Assembly: GCA_946965045.2 (NCBI GenBank)
Contig: OX337233.1
Coordinates: 1,488,001-1,552,000, forward strand
Length of the DNA stretch: 64,000 bases
Direction of reading: 5' to 3'
Origin: Epithemia pelagica
Taxonomy: Eukaryota > Protista > Bacillariophyta
Shown: one piece after another, positions 12,252 to 22,281 of the stretch
How positions within the stretch are numbered: position 1 is the first letter of the stretch
How the letters are laid out: each line of letters starts with the position of its first letter
Made by a program: the position numbers and the translations under genes
The notes under the pieces: model-generated
Databases searched by the model: none
Told to the model about the DNA's origin: nothing
What the model saw: the letters and a program-made list of their open reading frames with translations, nothing else

Positions 12252-14132
12252 TTATGATGGCTCTGGTTGACGACTTTCTGTTATATCCGATTGACTTGAA
12301 GCAGTCCAACTCGCCTGAGGCTGTGGTGGATGCATTGTTCCCGACTTCTGGCTCGAAGTTTCCTGAGTAGGCACCGCCAGCAGTGCCGATTGTATTGGGA
12401 TGTTATCCACAGGACAAGTAGGAGGCCCTCCAGGTGTCTGCAGGTTAGGGTTCAGGCACCTTTCGTGGAACATATGCCCACAAGGTCGCAACTGCGTGTC
12501 CACATTTGTTTGATGACATAGCGCACATGCAGTTGAGTACGGAACATTTACATGACCACTCTCTTCGCCTGTAGAAGACGGCTCCACTGACTCTTCACCC
12601 GGCCGCTGGCTTGATGAGACCTGTCTGTCTGGTGATGGTGTTTGTATTGCGGCAAACGGTTGGGCACTAGCGTCTCTTGCTTGTTGCTTACTCATGAAGT
12701 TTTGGCTAAGGGTGCGGCGTATTTTTGCTGGAAGCTCGGTAAGCTTTTCACTACTTCTGCTGACCGATATGAGCCCACGCGCCGCGAGTGCATCGTCGTA
12801 AGCCCTCTTCAATGTTCCTGAATCTATTGTTTCCTCCTGAGAAGACGAAACCTCTGTGGGTAAAACAGTTGAAGGAAGTGCCGCCGCGATATCCTTACGA
12901 GGGGCCTGCGCAGACGGTGATTCATCTTCAAGTGACAACCCAATTTCGTTGTCTTCGTTATCACCAGCCGTTCGAACGCCTTTAGAGTTCGTGTCTTTTC
13001 CAGCTTCCATCCCACTCAAACAAGTGGAGCTCTTCTCGCCAAAGAAGACCTCCAGAAAAGCATAAGAGTCATTCTTCCCCAATGACTCAACGCTCTTCAC
13101 CTGTGCTAGGTTTCCCATCTTGTTTAAATTCCCCTTGCTTGCAAGATCTGCACCACTTAAGCTCGTGATACTCTTGACTCCCGGCATTGTCCCCAGATTG
13201 TTCAAAGACGTTATACTCGAGAAATGTGGCCACGAGTTCAAGGTAGGAACATTTGGAAGAAGGCTCTGCGATGGGTTTTTCATTGGGTGTTGCTGCAAAG
13301 AAGAGGACGCTGTTTGTGGAGCTTGGGAGGGCGGTGGGACTGGTGCTGCAGCTTGTTGTGCCATCATCTGTTGTTTGCTCTCGGCCTTCAGACGAGCGGA
13401 CTCTGTTGCTTGCTTCACAAGGTCCTGATCGCGAGCAAAGAGCTCCATCAACACCGCGTGACTGTCAGTCTTACTCAATTGTCCGTTCGAGGTCATTTGT
13501 GGAAGACTACCTATCGATGCAGCAGGCGGCTTCACCTGAGGTGCTTTAACAGCATTGGTAGCATCATAAAGTTGCCCCGTTGTAACCACCGGGAGAGCGG
13601 TGGCTACCGCTAAACCTTCTAGAGACGGTTGCGCCTGAGTCTGGAAGTAAGTGAGTGAGGAAGTTAGGCAAACGCAAGTAATTGGACTTTTCAGTCTTAC
13701 CGATTGAGATGCGTTCTGTTGTTCCATTGCTTGTTGGTAGTGAACTCTCATCGCTTGAACAGAATGTGGATTGTCCATGGAACCGCTAACAGGCGCCGAA
13801 ACCCCAGGAATTGTTGGTATCATTAGGCCAGGAACGCCTGCTCCCGTTGCAGTGAGCTTTCCCTGTTCAATCTGTTTCTTAAGCATGGGCTTCCATATTC
13901 TCCTTCTTGCATTAGTGAACCAGTTCTTCAGCTGCTTCTTATCTATTCCCGTCTTCTGCATGAGCATTGCTTGATCCTGTGGTGTGGGATAAGGGTGCGT
14001 AAAATGCTCGGGAGAAAGAAGCCACGCTTTCAGTGTGGCCACAGCACCTGCAGGAAGTTCACGCCTGGATTTGGTCCGGCCTTTACCGCCGCTTTCATTG
14101 TCGGCAACATCATCGAAGTCCTCGTCTGCCAT
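12252..14132 (-). CDS. TALE-class (KN-type) homeodomain protein with C-terminal RING finger
   Basis: LKAWLL...HPYPT...QLKNWFTNARRRIWKP is a TALE homeodomain with the PYP loop. CALC-x11-CGHMFHERC-x13-CPVD is a RING. Probable 60-bp in-frame intron at 13641-13700 (GTAAGA...TTCCAG). Likely start MADEDF at 14132. Confidence 0.85.
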   Translation of the reverse strand: MADEDFDDVADNESGGKGRTKSRRELPAGAVATLKAWLLSPEHFTHPYPTPQDQAMLMQKTGIDKKQLKNWFTNARRRIWKPMLKKQIEQGKLTATGAGVPGLMIPTIPGVSAPVSGSMDNPHSVQAMRVHYQQAMEQQNASQSVRLKSPITCVCLTSSLTYFQTQAQPSLEGLAVATALPVVTTGQLYDATNAVKAPQVKPPAASIGSLPQMTSNGQLSKTDSHAVLMELFARDQDLVKQATESARLKAESKQQMMAQQAAAPVPPPSQAPQTASSSLQQHPMKNPSQSLLPNVPTLNSWPHFSSITSLNNLGTMPGVKSITSLSGADLASKGNLNKMGNLAQVKSVESLGKNDSYAFLEVFFGEKSSTCLSGMEAGKDTNSKGVRTAGDNEDNEIGLSLEDESPSAQAPRKDIAAALPSTVLPTEVSSSQEETIDSGTLKRAYDDALAARGLISVSRSSEKLTELPAKIRRTLSQNFMSKQQARDASAQPFAAIQTPSPDRQVSSSQRPGEESVEPSSTGEESGHVNVPYSTACALCHQTNVDTQLRPCGHMFHERCLNPNLQTPGGPPTCPVDNIPIQSALLAVPTQETSSQKSGTMHPPQPQASWTASSQSDITESRQPEPS

Positions 14133-15326
14133 TTCTTCTTCAACGAAAGAACGACTCGTGATCTTTCCTCGCACACGCAATGAATAACTCGAAGGAGCGG
14201 ACGTTTGCAACATAAAAGGCGCTCCTTATCGATAAACTGGTTCCTCTGCTCTCAAACCACAAACGTGCCAAGAGCTTCGACGCTGGTTGATAATTGATCT
14301 TTGCTGTTGCCGAAGATGTGAGTCGGAAGGAATATTGTTAGATAAACTCTATGTTCTCGTGAAATGAATCGATTGCAATTGTGTTCTCTCTTTTGAACTG
14401 CTTGATGGGAAGAGGTCCATCGAAATTAACACTACTCAGCGTGCAGGACTCATGAAAGCTAATGACCGTATGAACAAATATTAAGTCTCTCACACTGGAA
14501 ATTGATGGTGACACTTCAGATGTCAACCCACGTAATGGACTATTCGATGCCAGTAAGCCCTAAAGCAAGTCGTCGAAGGTCCTCACCTGAAACACAATAG
14601 GTTGATCGAAGCAAGGGTGCAAGAATTGGCAAGCTTCGGCTGATGGTTGCGTTTGTTTCCACTTCTACAAAATATGCTGTCTCATTGCCGGTACCGATTC
14701 GGTGTCACCGATTCAAAACCAAACACACACAAAAACTCTCGGCCTGCAACTTCCGGTAAATACACGTCAGTCGCATATTCTGTACCAATACCCAACGGAC
14801 GAAACCAAAAAGTAGGATCGATATTATTACAAAGCACGTATTATGATTCCTAAGGAATCTTAGTCTAGTATGATCATATCAGAGGTACTACTGTATGATA
14901 ATGAAGAAGTTATATCGTGACGATACTCTGAGTAGTAGAAAGATTACCCACGTTTTGAGTCCATTACCGGAAGTTGCTGGGTGTGTGTTGGCCACTCTTG
15001 GTCGCGTCCAATACAACAGCCCTTTCTGCGACCAAGTCTCGTGATTGATCCACCCTCTCTAGTCTACGGTAGTGCAAACAATCTTTGTCTCTTGACTCTT
15101 GAGTCGTCATCGGCATTCTATGCTTGCTAGGAGTAACTCTAGGGTAGGAGGTTGGAGTGGAATGGAACCGCTCTACAGGAGTCATGGGAATAGCAAATAG
15201 CAATGCAATGGAGGTCTGAAACAAGGACAAGTCCCATAGAATCCGCCACGTTCTCTCTAGGTCCAAGTAGAAAGTAGAAAGAGCTTCTGTGTGACTAGAG
15301 CAAGCGTCCTTATACCAACAAAAGTC

Positions 15327-18300
15327 TCATAGAAGCCCGGCTTCAAAATCTTGATGCTGCGGTGTATCCTCAACAGATCTGTTGGGGCGTCGCATGTATT
15401 CCGGTGTGAATGGTGTGTTGACGGCATTATATTTGTGAGACAGAAGATTTGACACTAGTGGACCAACAGCCGACAAGACGGATGATGCCGTTGATGATCC
15501 AGCCTCACTGAAGGACCTTGGTTGATAGCTGCCATAATTTCGTGCGGTTGCCCCCGGGGAATTGAATGGGACGCTTTCGTCTTCGCCAGTGTTGTTCGCA
15601 AAATGCACCGACCGTATTGACGGGGCTGATCTAACCGATTCGTCTTCCAGTTGGTCATTTTCATGACTCCCAATAGATACGGTACTCACAGATGGTTGGG
15701 TGGAACCATCTCGGTATTGAATAAGCGGCCGGTTTGGTCCCGGAATGTCCTGTTCCACTTCCCTGGTTGCCTTAGTCAGGATTTGGCGTTGTTCCGTTGT
15801 CAAGAAGTCATTACGAAAACTCAATGTTAGAGGCCTCCCTCTCATTTGAATGGCTTTTCGAATACTTTCAAAAGTCCACATCCCGATTTCAACAGAAACT
15901 CCATCAAATGCTACCAGTCTAGCTCCAAGCTTCGGTCTAGTGTTGGTGCCAGAATCATCGAAACCGACGAAACCACAAACCAATACAGCATGGACAGGTA
16001 CAGCAACTTCCAACGTATCCCCTTTCGTTGCATGTGACTTGTCAGTTTTGGCCCACGTCGAAAGTGTTGCAATTCGACGAAGCTCTGCTGCAGTCTTCTC
16101 ACCAGCAACTCTGACACCAGCCAGGTCAGCAGTCATGGCTTCCGTCAACAGTCCCCTCGATTGAGCTGGAGGTGGCGGTACCTTTTGAAACTGTATACCA
16201 ATCTTGCGGCTGTAAAACGTCAAATGATAGACTTGCAATTCTTCCCTTATATTGCTCCCATCAAAACGATGGTTGATCAAAGGAGAACCCATTACATCTA
16301 CTAGTGGACATTCCAGCGCAGATGTGGCATATCCGCTGTTCGTGATTAATGGACGCTGTGGTGAAGGCTTGATTGTATCGTGAAGAACGGGGCTATTCGA
16401 GTTTTGTAGTTCAAGCAATGGGTTTGCTTGGTAAGGTGCATTGTTGCAAGACATATCATCGGGAGGAACGTCATCAGTCGTCTTCATGATTGCTGGAGAA
16501 GTAAGCACCGCATCCCCTATTCGTGCTTCGTATGACGAGGATCCAAGTTCCACGGTACATTTTCCTTCACGAACGGATTCATCGGCATCACCCATTTCGG
16601 CCTGAATGGAAGATACGGTGTCTAGTTCTGTGTCAGAAGTCCCGTGTTCTGAATCCTCTTTGTCAAGTCCAACAACAGAGTGATTCATGCTATTCTCATC
16701 ATTCTCATCATCTGACTCGTCCTCGAAATCATCAAACAAGGATTTCGCTTCCATGTTACCCTTTGAACTGTTCTTGTGAATTGGACCATCGCTTTTGCTT
16801 GGGGTCTTAACTGCAAATTGAGGTGTCTTTTGGGGCGACTTGCCTCGTAACATTTGTTCATGAAGCTGAATACTTGTAGAAACGTGTTCTTCAAGTTCAT
16901 TTAGCAGTTTTTCTTCTTCCATATCCACTTCACCGCCCTCGAATGTGTCATCTGCTACTGCCACCGTGGGCACCGATTCAGATTTTATGCTCGATTCCTG
17001 TTGGTTTGATAGCTGCTGCTGTAAGTTCTTCACCTCTTGTACAAGAACTCGCTTTTCTTTCTTTCGTTGTTTGAGCTGCCGCCGAATATCGCAATTTTCC
17101 TCCCAAAGCTTCAGCAATTGCTGTTCTGCCTTGGACAATCGTTTCTGGAGTTGTTGCATGTTAGCTTGAGCCGCTGTCAAATCCTCAACGGCCGTAGAAG
17201 ACTCTTGCACAGCCAGCTTCCAGTGGGTTTCAAGTGAAAGACAAGCATTGAAGAGAGTGCCAAAGTTTTCCCCTGGTATTTGATTTAGTTGATCTTGCGT
17301 CATTGAATTATCCTGATCACTATCTAGTGACGAAGGTCGTTTCGCAATGTCACTCTTTGTGCCAGGCAAAGCATTGCCGTCCAGGATTTTGATTTGGTCA
17401 TCCGATGAATTATTGATTGCGCAATCTTCTTCCGTAGCATGATGAAAATCCTTTTCACTTCCCCGATTTTCCGCAGTTCCAACTACCCCATTTTCCCCGT
17501 TAACGCTTTCGGTTGGATTCAAAACATCTGTTGGATCAGTCTGCTCAGATCGCTGTTCCATATCTAGAGGTGATGTCTGTGATGCAGCAACGTGTGCCGC
17601 AACAGGGGAATACTCTTGATCTGAGGTCGCCGCATTGGGTGTCGATCCTTCCTTGAAACAGCGTATCTTTCTTTGTAGCATCTGAGCCAACCGAAGTATA
17701 CTTTGATCCAATAGTTGGTTGTTTTTTTGATATTTTTGAGCATCGAGAACTGCTCCGTCTCGATCTATTTCGATCAGTTTGTACCTTTCCAAGGTTGCGT
17801 TTAACTCCTTCAGACGCGCTTTGTACCCGGCAGTTTGATTCATGGATGTTGCCAATTCTGATTGTACCACATCCAGTCGTTGTGTACGCAAGGACTCAAT
17901 CCACGCTTGTGCTTCTTCCGGAGATTTTGCTCGGAGAATAACACGCCTGATGGATCCACGATGAGCATTGACAGCTGCGCGATCACCATCCGAGGTGCTA
18001 GGCCAACATACGGCAAACTCACTATCGGTCTCTCCAAAATCCTCTTCAATCCAGCTGTCTTGAAGATCGAGACAGCCACGAGGTTGGCTATCGTGAGGGC
18101 TGAGAAAATAGTACAAATGAGTGGCGGGTTGCAAAACAAAGAATCGTCGCTTAAACTCCGGGACTTGCGTTCCGAATTTGTACAGGAATCCAGCGGCAGG
18201 GGCATCCCGTGCGAATTTTGCCGCTGTAGGTGAAGTAGGGACCGTATCCGTATGTGGTACCAGACGTTCTTCGTTCCCATTCGGTGCGGGCATCGAAGAT

Positions 18301-18737
18301 GAAATGATGCTGTTTGGTAGTGATTGTCGAATCAATCGCGAGAATCGATTTGTTTGGGAAGCGACATGTTGTGGATGGGTGGACTGGCTATGGCCATCGT
18401 GTCTGGAATGTCCCTGCGGCCGGGGATCTATCATACCAGTCTTTGAGAAGCGATTTCCTCCAGAAGAAGCTTGTGCATCAAGCACGAGCCCAGGCCCACC
18501 TCTTTGAGGAGATAGCATGTGATCAGCCAGAGTCGAAGGATGATGAAAGTTCTTGTTCTTCTTATTCAACGTTGACTGCGAGAGTGACGAAGCAGAGAAA
18601 GAAGCCGATGGTGGAATCTGACGGACTGACCAGTTGTGCTCAAGAGCGGTTCTGTCCGTACCGATGGCATGCTGAGGTCCATGGCTCCACTCCTCGCTGC
18701 GGCTCCCACAGTGGCCGTCGGAGCTACCCCTGTTCAT
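15327..18737 (-). CDS. PH-domain protein with coiled coil and C-terminal PDZ-like segment (1136 aa)
   Basis: AGFLYKFG...FKRRFFVL...LYYF...PRGCLDL...VILRAKSPEEAQAWIESL is a PH domain. Heptad-rich region LQKRLSKAEQQLLKL. RLVAFDGVSVE...IRKAIQMRGRPLTLSFR resembles a PDZ fold. Confidence 0.8.
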   Translation of the reverse strand: MNRGSSDGHCGSRSEEWSHGPQHAIGTDRTALEHNWSVRQIPPSASFSASSLSQSTLNKKNKNFHHPSTLADHMLSPQRGGPGLVLDAQASSGGNRFSKTGMIDPRPQGHSRHDGHSQSTHPQHVASQTNRFSRLIRQSLPNSIISSSMPAPNGNEERLVPHTDTVPTSPTAAKFARDAPAAGFLYKFGTQVPEFKRRFFVLQPATHLYYFLSPHDSQPRGCLDLQDSWIEEDFGETDSEFAVCWPSTSDGDRAAVNAHRGSIRRVILRAKSPEEAQAWIESLRTQRLDVVQSELATSMNQTAGYKARLKELNATLERYKLIEIDRDGAVLDAQKYQKNNQLLDQSILRLAQMLQRKIRCFKEGSTPNAATSDQEYSPVAAHVAASQTSPLDMEQRSEQTDPTDVLNPTESVNGENGVVGTAENRGSEKDFHHATEEDCAINNSSDDQIKILDGNALPGTKSDIAKRPSSLDSDQDNSMTQDQLNQIPGENFGTLFNACLSLETHWKLAVQESSTAVEDLTAAQANMQQLQKRLSKAEQQLLKLWEENCDIRRQLKQRKKEKRVLVQEVKNLQQQLSNQQESSIKSESVPTVAVADDTFEGGEVDMEEEKLLNELEEHVSTSIQLHEQMLRGKSPQKTPQFAVKTPSKSDGPIHKNSSKGNMEAKSLFDDFEDESDDENDENSMNHSVVGLDKEDSEHGTSDTELDTVSSIQAEMGDADESVREGKCTVELGSSSYEARIGDAVLTSPAIMKTTDDVPPDDMSCNNAPYQANPLLELQNSNSPVLHDTIKPSPQRPLITNSGYATSALECPLVDVMGSPLINHRFDGSNIREELQVYHLTFYSRKIGIQFQKVPPPPAQSRGLLTEAMTADLAGVRVAGEKTAAELRRIATLSTWAKTDKSHATKGDTLEVAVPVHAVLVCGFVGFDDSGTNTRPKLGARLVAFDGVSVEIGMWTFESIRKAIQMRGRPLTLSFRNDFLTTEQRQILTKATREVEQDIPGPNRPLIQYRDGSTQPSVSTVSIGSHENDQLEDESVRSAPSIRSVHFANNTGEDESVPFNSPGATARNYGSYQPRSFSEAGSSTASSVLSAVGPLVSNLLSHKYNAVNTPFTPEYMRRPNRSVEDTPQHQDFEAGLL

Positions 18738-18879
18738 CAGGGAAGAGTCCTTTTTATTTCGAACCCTGCGGATGGATTCTACCTCAACTCAAGAATATGT
18801 CCACCAATGCGAGCAACAGAAGGAGAAGAAGAAGTGTCCACGTGAAAATATTATTTGTCTTGAGTGCCTTGTCATGGTG

Positions 18880-18932
18880 GCAGTTTGTCCCTCGCCCCCG
18901 AATGATGAATCGTGGGAAGAATAATGGGGGGC
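18880..18932. repeat. 53-bp exact direct repeat, copy 1 (copy 2 at 21414-21466)
   Basis: GCAGTTTGTCCCTCGCCCCCGAATGATGAATCGTGGGAAGAATAATGGGGGGC is identical at both positions; flanks differ. Confidence 0.95.
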
Positions 18933-19552
18933 ATGAATTAGGTAGACCGCTTCGCGATAAGGGGCTGTGAGTTTTCGAGTTCTGAAATCGAACTACTCCT
19001 AGGAGTAACTACTCCTACATAGGAGTAGTCTGGTATGGAGATAGTTTAGTAAGTGCACAGTTTACCCCAAATTCCATTCACTCAAACTAGTAGAGATTTA
19101 TATCTGGAAATACCATTTTGATGCGATTCAATCATTATAAACGCACAGACCCTTGGATCGATCTACGGCGGTCGTATTACAGGGCATGCACTTGTTGGAT
19201 CGTTTCGCCGACGAATTATCATATCACGGAATCACGCGTCGCACAAACAAAGAGCATGATGTTACTGTCGATACGTTCTGGGGATTGTCCCTGGATCTAC
19301 ACGTCTTTGGGCCGTGGAAACCCATCTAGCGCAAGGATGATCCGTCGCTTACAAACAACAATAGCAACAACAAAGTTCATCGAAAGCAACACTACAAGGG
19401 ACCACGAGGGACGTTTCCTCTCAACGGATTGCAAGTCTTGCAAAAACGGATCATTGACAAGACTCGGGACTCTTTGGTGATCCCAATGTGATACCTATAG
19501 TTTCTTGTTGGATAGTTTCACGTAAAAATGCAAAAGCATTCCTTCAAACTGC

Positions 19553-21235
19553 TCATTGGTTCTCCGCTAACCATACCCGAATGGTCTCTTGCCATGATTT
19601 CAATGGGCGCAAGACATGAATCCTTGTGCTACCCCACAGTGTCTTCAATGTAGCGGCGGGGATCAGTTTTCCGCGTGTCCATTGAAGATCGACATCCAGA
19701 GAACCTTCAAGAAACTGCATTTTATCCTTCGACTTGTAATTTTCTTCATTATCTGGGGAAGCAAGGTAAATGGTTAAGATTTGGGTATCAGGGATCTTCA
19801 TTTGTTCACACCGAAGGTCATACAATGCCCGTACTGTCATTGGGTGCGTTGTATTCCAGGTGCATTGAAAGGCAATGATAGGTCGAGACATATCGGAACT
19901 CGTGCACAAGAAATCGACAAGGGGAAAATTGGTTCTTGTTGGCGCGATAATCATATCGGGCTGCGACAAGTTTTCTCCGATGGTGAATGTGCGCCTTATC
20001 GACTTCTTTGTTATCTTGAACTGAACCCAAGAAGACCCTCCAACTTCACACGACTGCCATTCATGTGCTGTTCCGCGAGACAACAATTCCATTGCGGCAT
20101 TTTCTAGCATCTTGCCTGACAAGTCAATCAGTTCTCTATCCAAACGGTGCAACACACCTTGCATCTTTTCAACAGTTGATAGGACCCGAAGCTTGTTCAT
20201 CACTGCGTCTTCCACCGCCAAACTTGTGTACTCAAGAGTCTTTGTCGAAAAGTCATCGCGCGTTTCTCCTTTGTCCCATTTATGATCATAGCACACGAGA
20301 TACCCGCTGACTGTGCTCCCGTCGTTGTTGTCTTCGTCAACGTCCAGAGCAATCGAGGACACTATTCTTAACGAGATATGTTGCAAACGACTGACGAGTT
20401 TTTCCTCGGCATCGTCGTCCTCTCCCAAGATGTTGCGAATGATCCCACCAAATAATTTGTACCGACTCACGAATTCATCAAAATTGATCGAGACCTTCGA
20501 ATGGCAAACAACGGCCCACATTTCAGCAAAGGACCACGGCCAAAAATAGAATCTTGTGGTACGTCGTTTTGAGTACTCTTTGATCCTCTTCTCATAGGGA
20601 GACAGGGTTGAGAGGCTTGGTATGAAGACTTCGAGTGGAGATCTTTCCGAGTTACCCCCGGGTTCGAAAAAGTAGAGGGTTCTACTCAAGGCCGTGCTAA
20701 GTTGAATGATATGGTCGTGCGAGGTCGTCCAGACATACTCCGCCGCATCGGATAGGTCGATAAGATAAACTCGTGTGTTGACTTGACGAATGACAAAATC
20801 ATACTTCCGTTCTGCTCGGTAGCAAAGAAGCTGCTTCAGTGCAAAGAGTTGGAACAAACTTTTGCCCGTGCCAGCATTTCCAATCAAACAAACACGGAAT
20901 TTTTTCCGTGTCCATGCTTCATAGACGCGACGGTACAGTTCGTTGTAGCCACTTCGAACATACAATCTTGATGGTTCGCAGGTAAGTTCCAAGAACTCCT
21001 GATAATTCGTCATCGGTAGGCTGTAACAATAGAGTGGTCGTAAAGACGACCCAAAGTTTTGCGAAAGAGTGACAATTTCTAGTTGCGAGGACCGAAGAGC
21101 TCTCAAGTTATTGGTGCCGATGGGGTTCAACTGGAACGTTCCGTTCACAGACAGAAGATTATTCGTAAGACTTTCCAGCTTCATCGCAATCGCATGCTTG
21201 CTCTTCATACCACTATCATTCATCGCATCTTGCAT
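19553..21235 (-). CDS. Crinkler/RHS-family P-loop NTPase plus restriction-endonuclease-like domain (CR1)
   Basis: LYVR, Walker A CLIGNAGTGKS, YFFEP, LSP, WPWS..E, FGGIIR, GKMLE, PTRTNFPLVD...AFQCT...H match the motif order of CRN/RHS NTPase-REase proteins. Intronless. The conserved part starts near ATG 21013. Confidence 0.8.
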   Translation of the reverse strand: MQDAMNDSGMKSKHAIAMKLESLTNNLLSVNGTFQLNPIGTNNLRALRSSQLEIVTLSQNFGSSLRPLYCYSLPMTNYQEFLELTCEPSRLYVRSGYNELYRRVYEAWTRKKFRVCLIGNAGTGKSLFQLFALKQLLCYRAERKYDFVIRQVNTRVYLIDLSDAAEYVWTTSHDHIIQLSTALSRTLYFFEPGGNSERSPLEVFIPSLSTLSPYEKRIKEYSKRRTTRFYFWPWSFAEMWAVVCHSKVSINFDEFVSRYKLFGGIIRNILGEDDDAEEKLVSRLQHISLRIVSSIALDVDEDNNDGSTVSGYLVCYDHKWDKGETRDDFSTKTLEYTSLAVEDAVMNKLRVLSTVEKMQGVLHRLDRELIDLSGKMLENAAMELLSRGTAHEWQSCEVGGSSWVQFKITKKSIRRTFTIGENLSQPDMIIAPTRTNFPLVDFLCTSSDMSRPIIAFQCTWNTTHPMTVRALYDLRCEQMKIPDTQILTIYLASPDNEENYKSKDKMQFLEGSLDVDLQWTRGKLIPAATLKTLWGSTRIHVLRPLKSWQETIRVWLAENQ

Positions 21236-21413
21236 TGTTGTACATCATCTTTCATCTCGGCCATGGTCACCCGTCGTCGCTGGCTGTTTTGATCGGAGCA
21301 TGAAAGTCTGACATCTTACAATTCTATGGTGCGTTTCACTCGTCTCTACAAAATGATCGGGAGAATTTACTGACCGTAACCGGGGAGAAGCGGTGTCCCT
21401 CATTCTTTTGGTC

Positions 21414-21466
21414 GCAGTTTGTCCCTCGCCCCCGAATGATGAATCGTGGGAAGAATAATGGGGGGC
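21414..21466. repeat. 53-bp exact direct repeat, copy 2
   Basis: Identical to 18880-18932. Confidence 0.95.
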
Positions 21467-22281
21467 TCTCTGATGGCACGTGTCATAGAGATGATGCGTT
21501 TCAGGACATGTAGGCAAGGTTCCTCGGTCGACGTAAAGTGACGTATTAGACGTTGGACGTGACGTGACCAGGGTCAGCATGTCACGTCTCCCACAATCTA
21601 TTGACGTAGACGCGACGTTGAAGAAAAGAAATCTACCTTTAGTATAATGCCACCCATGCCACTCCTTACGTTCATTTTAAGTGTGTTTTAGCACTCCTGA
21701 TGTAACAATTGACAAGGTAACAGGTACCTAGCAAGCATGCAGATGCATTTGTCCCCCCACCCCGTGATCTCTAACACAACACTGAGATGTCCGGCGGGAC
21801 TCACTAGCCAGTCAACAACATACAAACGTTACACTAGAAGACATTCCTCTGTCTATTTGGTGTCATCAAGCATAGTAAGGCAAAGGAAGAGGCAATAAGG
21901 ATGAAGGATGGAGGGGACTTCAGCACCAGCAATACGGAGTAGCATCAATAGCTTCAACTATGTGTATTAATGCAAGTATCTATCGTAGTCATATCCGCTG
22001 TCAACGTCTCTCAGCGTCTCTCAACGTCTACGTCTACGTCCACCGTCAATCCGTCACGTCTACGAAAATCCATTGACGTGACGTACGAGGAACCTTGATG
22101 TAGGAGCGTGCGGGAAATTTTTGGCCCTCCCCCAACAGCCCCCAGCCCCAGGCACCTCCACCGCTTCGTTGTGGATACACTACTGACCAAATGTTCGCCA
22201 CACATGAATAATGATAAACTCTAATGCATTTCATGTTAGACAAGGATACAAACTGAGTCTTTCTCATGCAAACATAGCAAC

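Noticed and set aside
13641-13700. Stop-free, in-frame 60-bp segment in the homeobox ORF as possible alternative splicing
   Set aside because: It has normal splice signals. Being in frame and stop-free is common by chance for short introns, and there is no transcript evidence.
14964-15266. 100-aa ORF between the homeobox and PH genes
   Set aside because: Short, non-ATG start in the track, no motif, and lies in motif-rich intergenic DNA.
18314-18970. 218-aa plus-strand ORF ending across the 53-bp repeat
   Set aside because: Mostly antisense to the PH gene, non-ATG start, no recognisable domain.
19028-19050. GTCTGGTATGGAG shared (inverted) with the start of the 61548 tandem unit, with a similar string near 49560
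   Set aside because: A 13-bp match within compositionally biased intergenic DNA is too short to imply a relationship.
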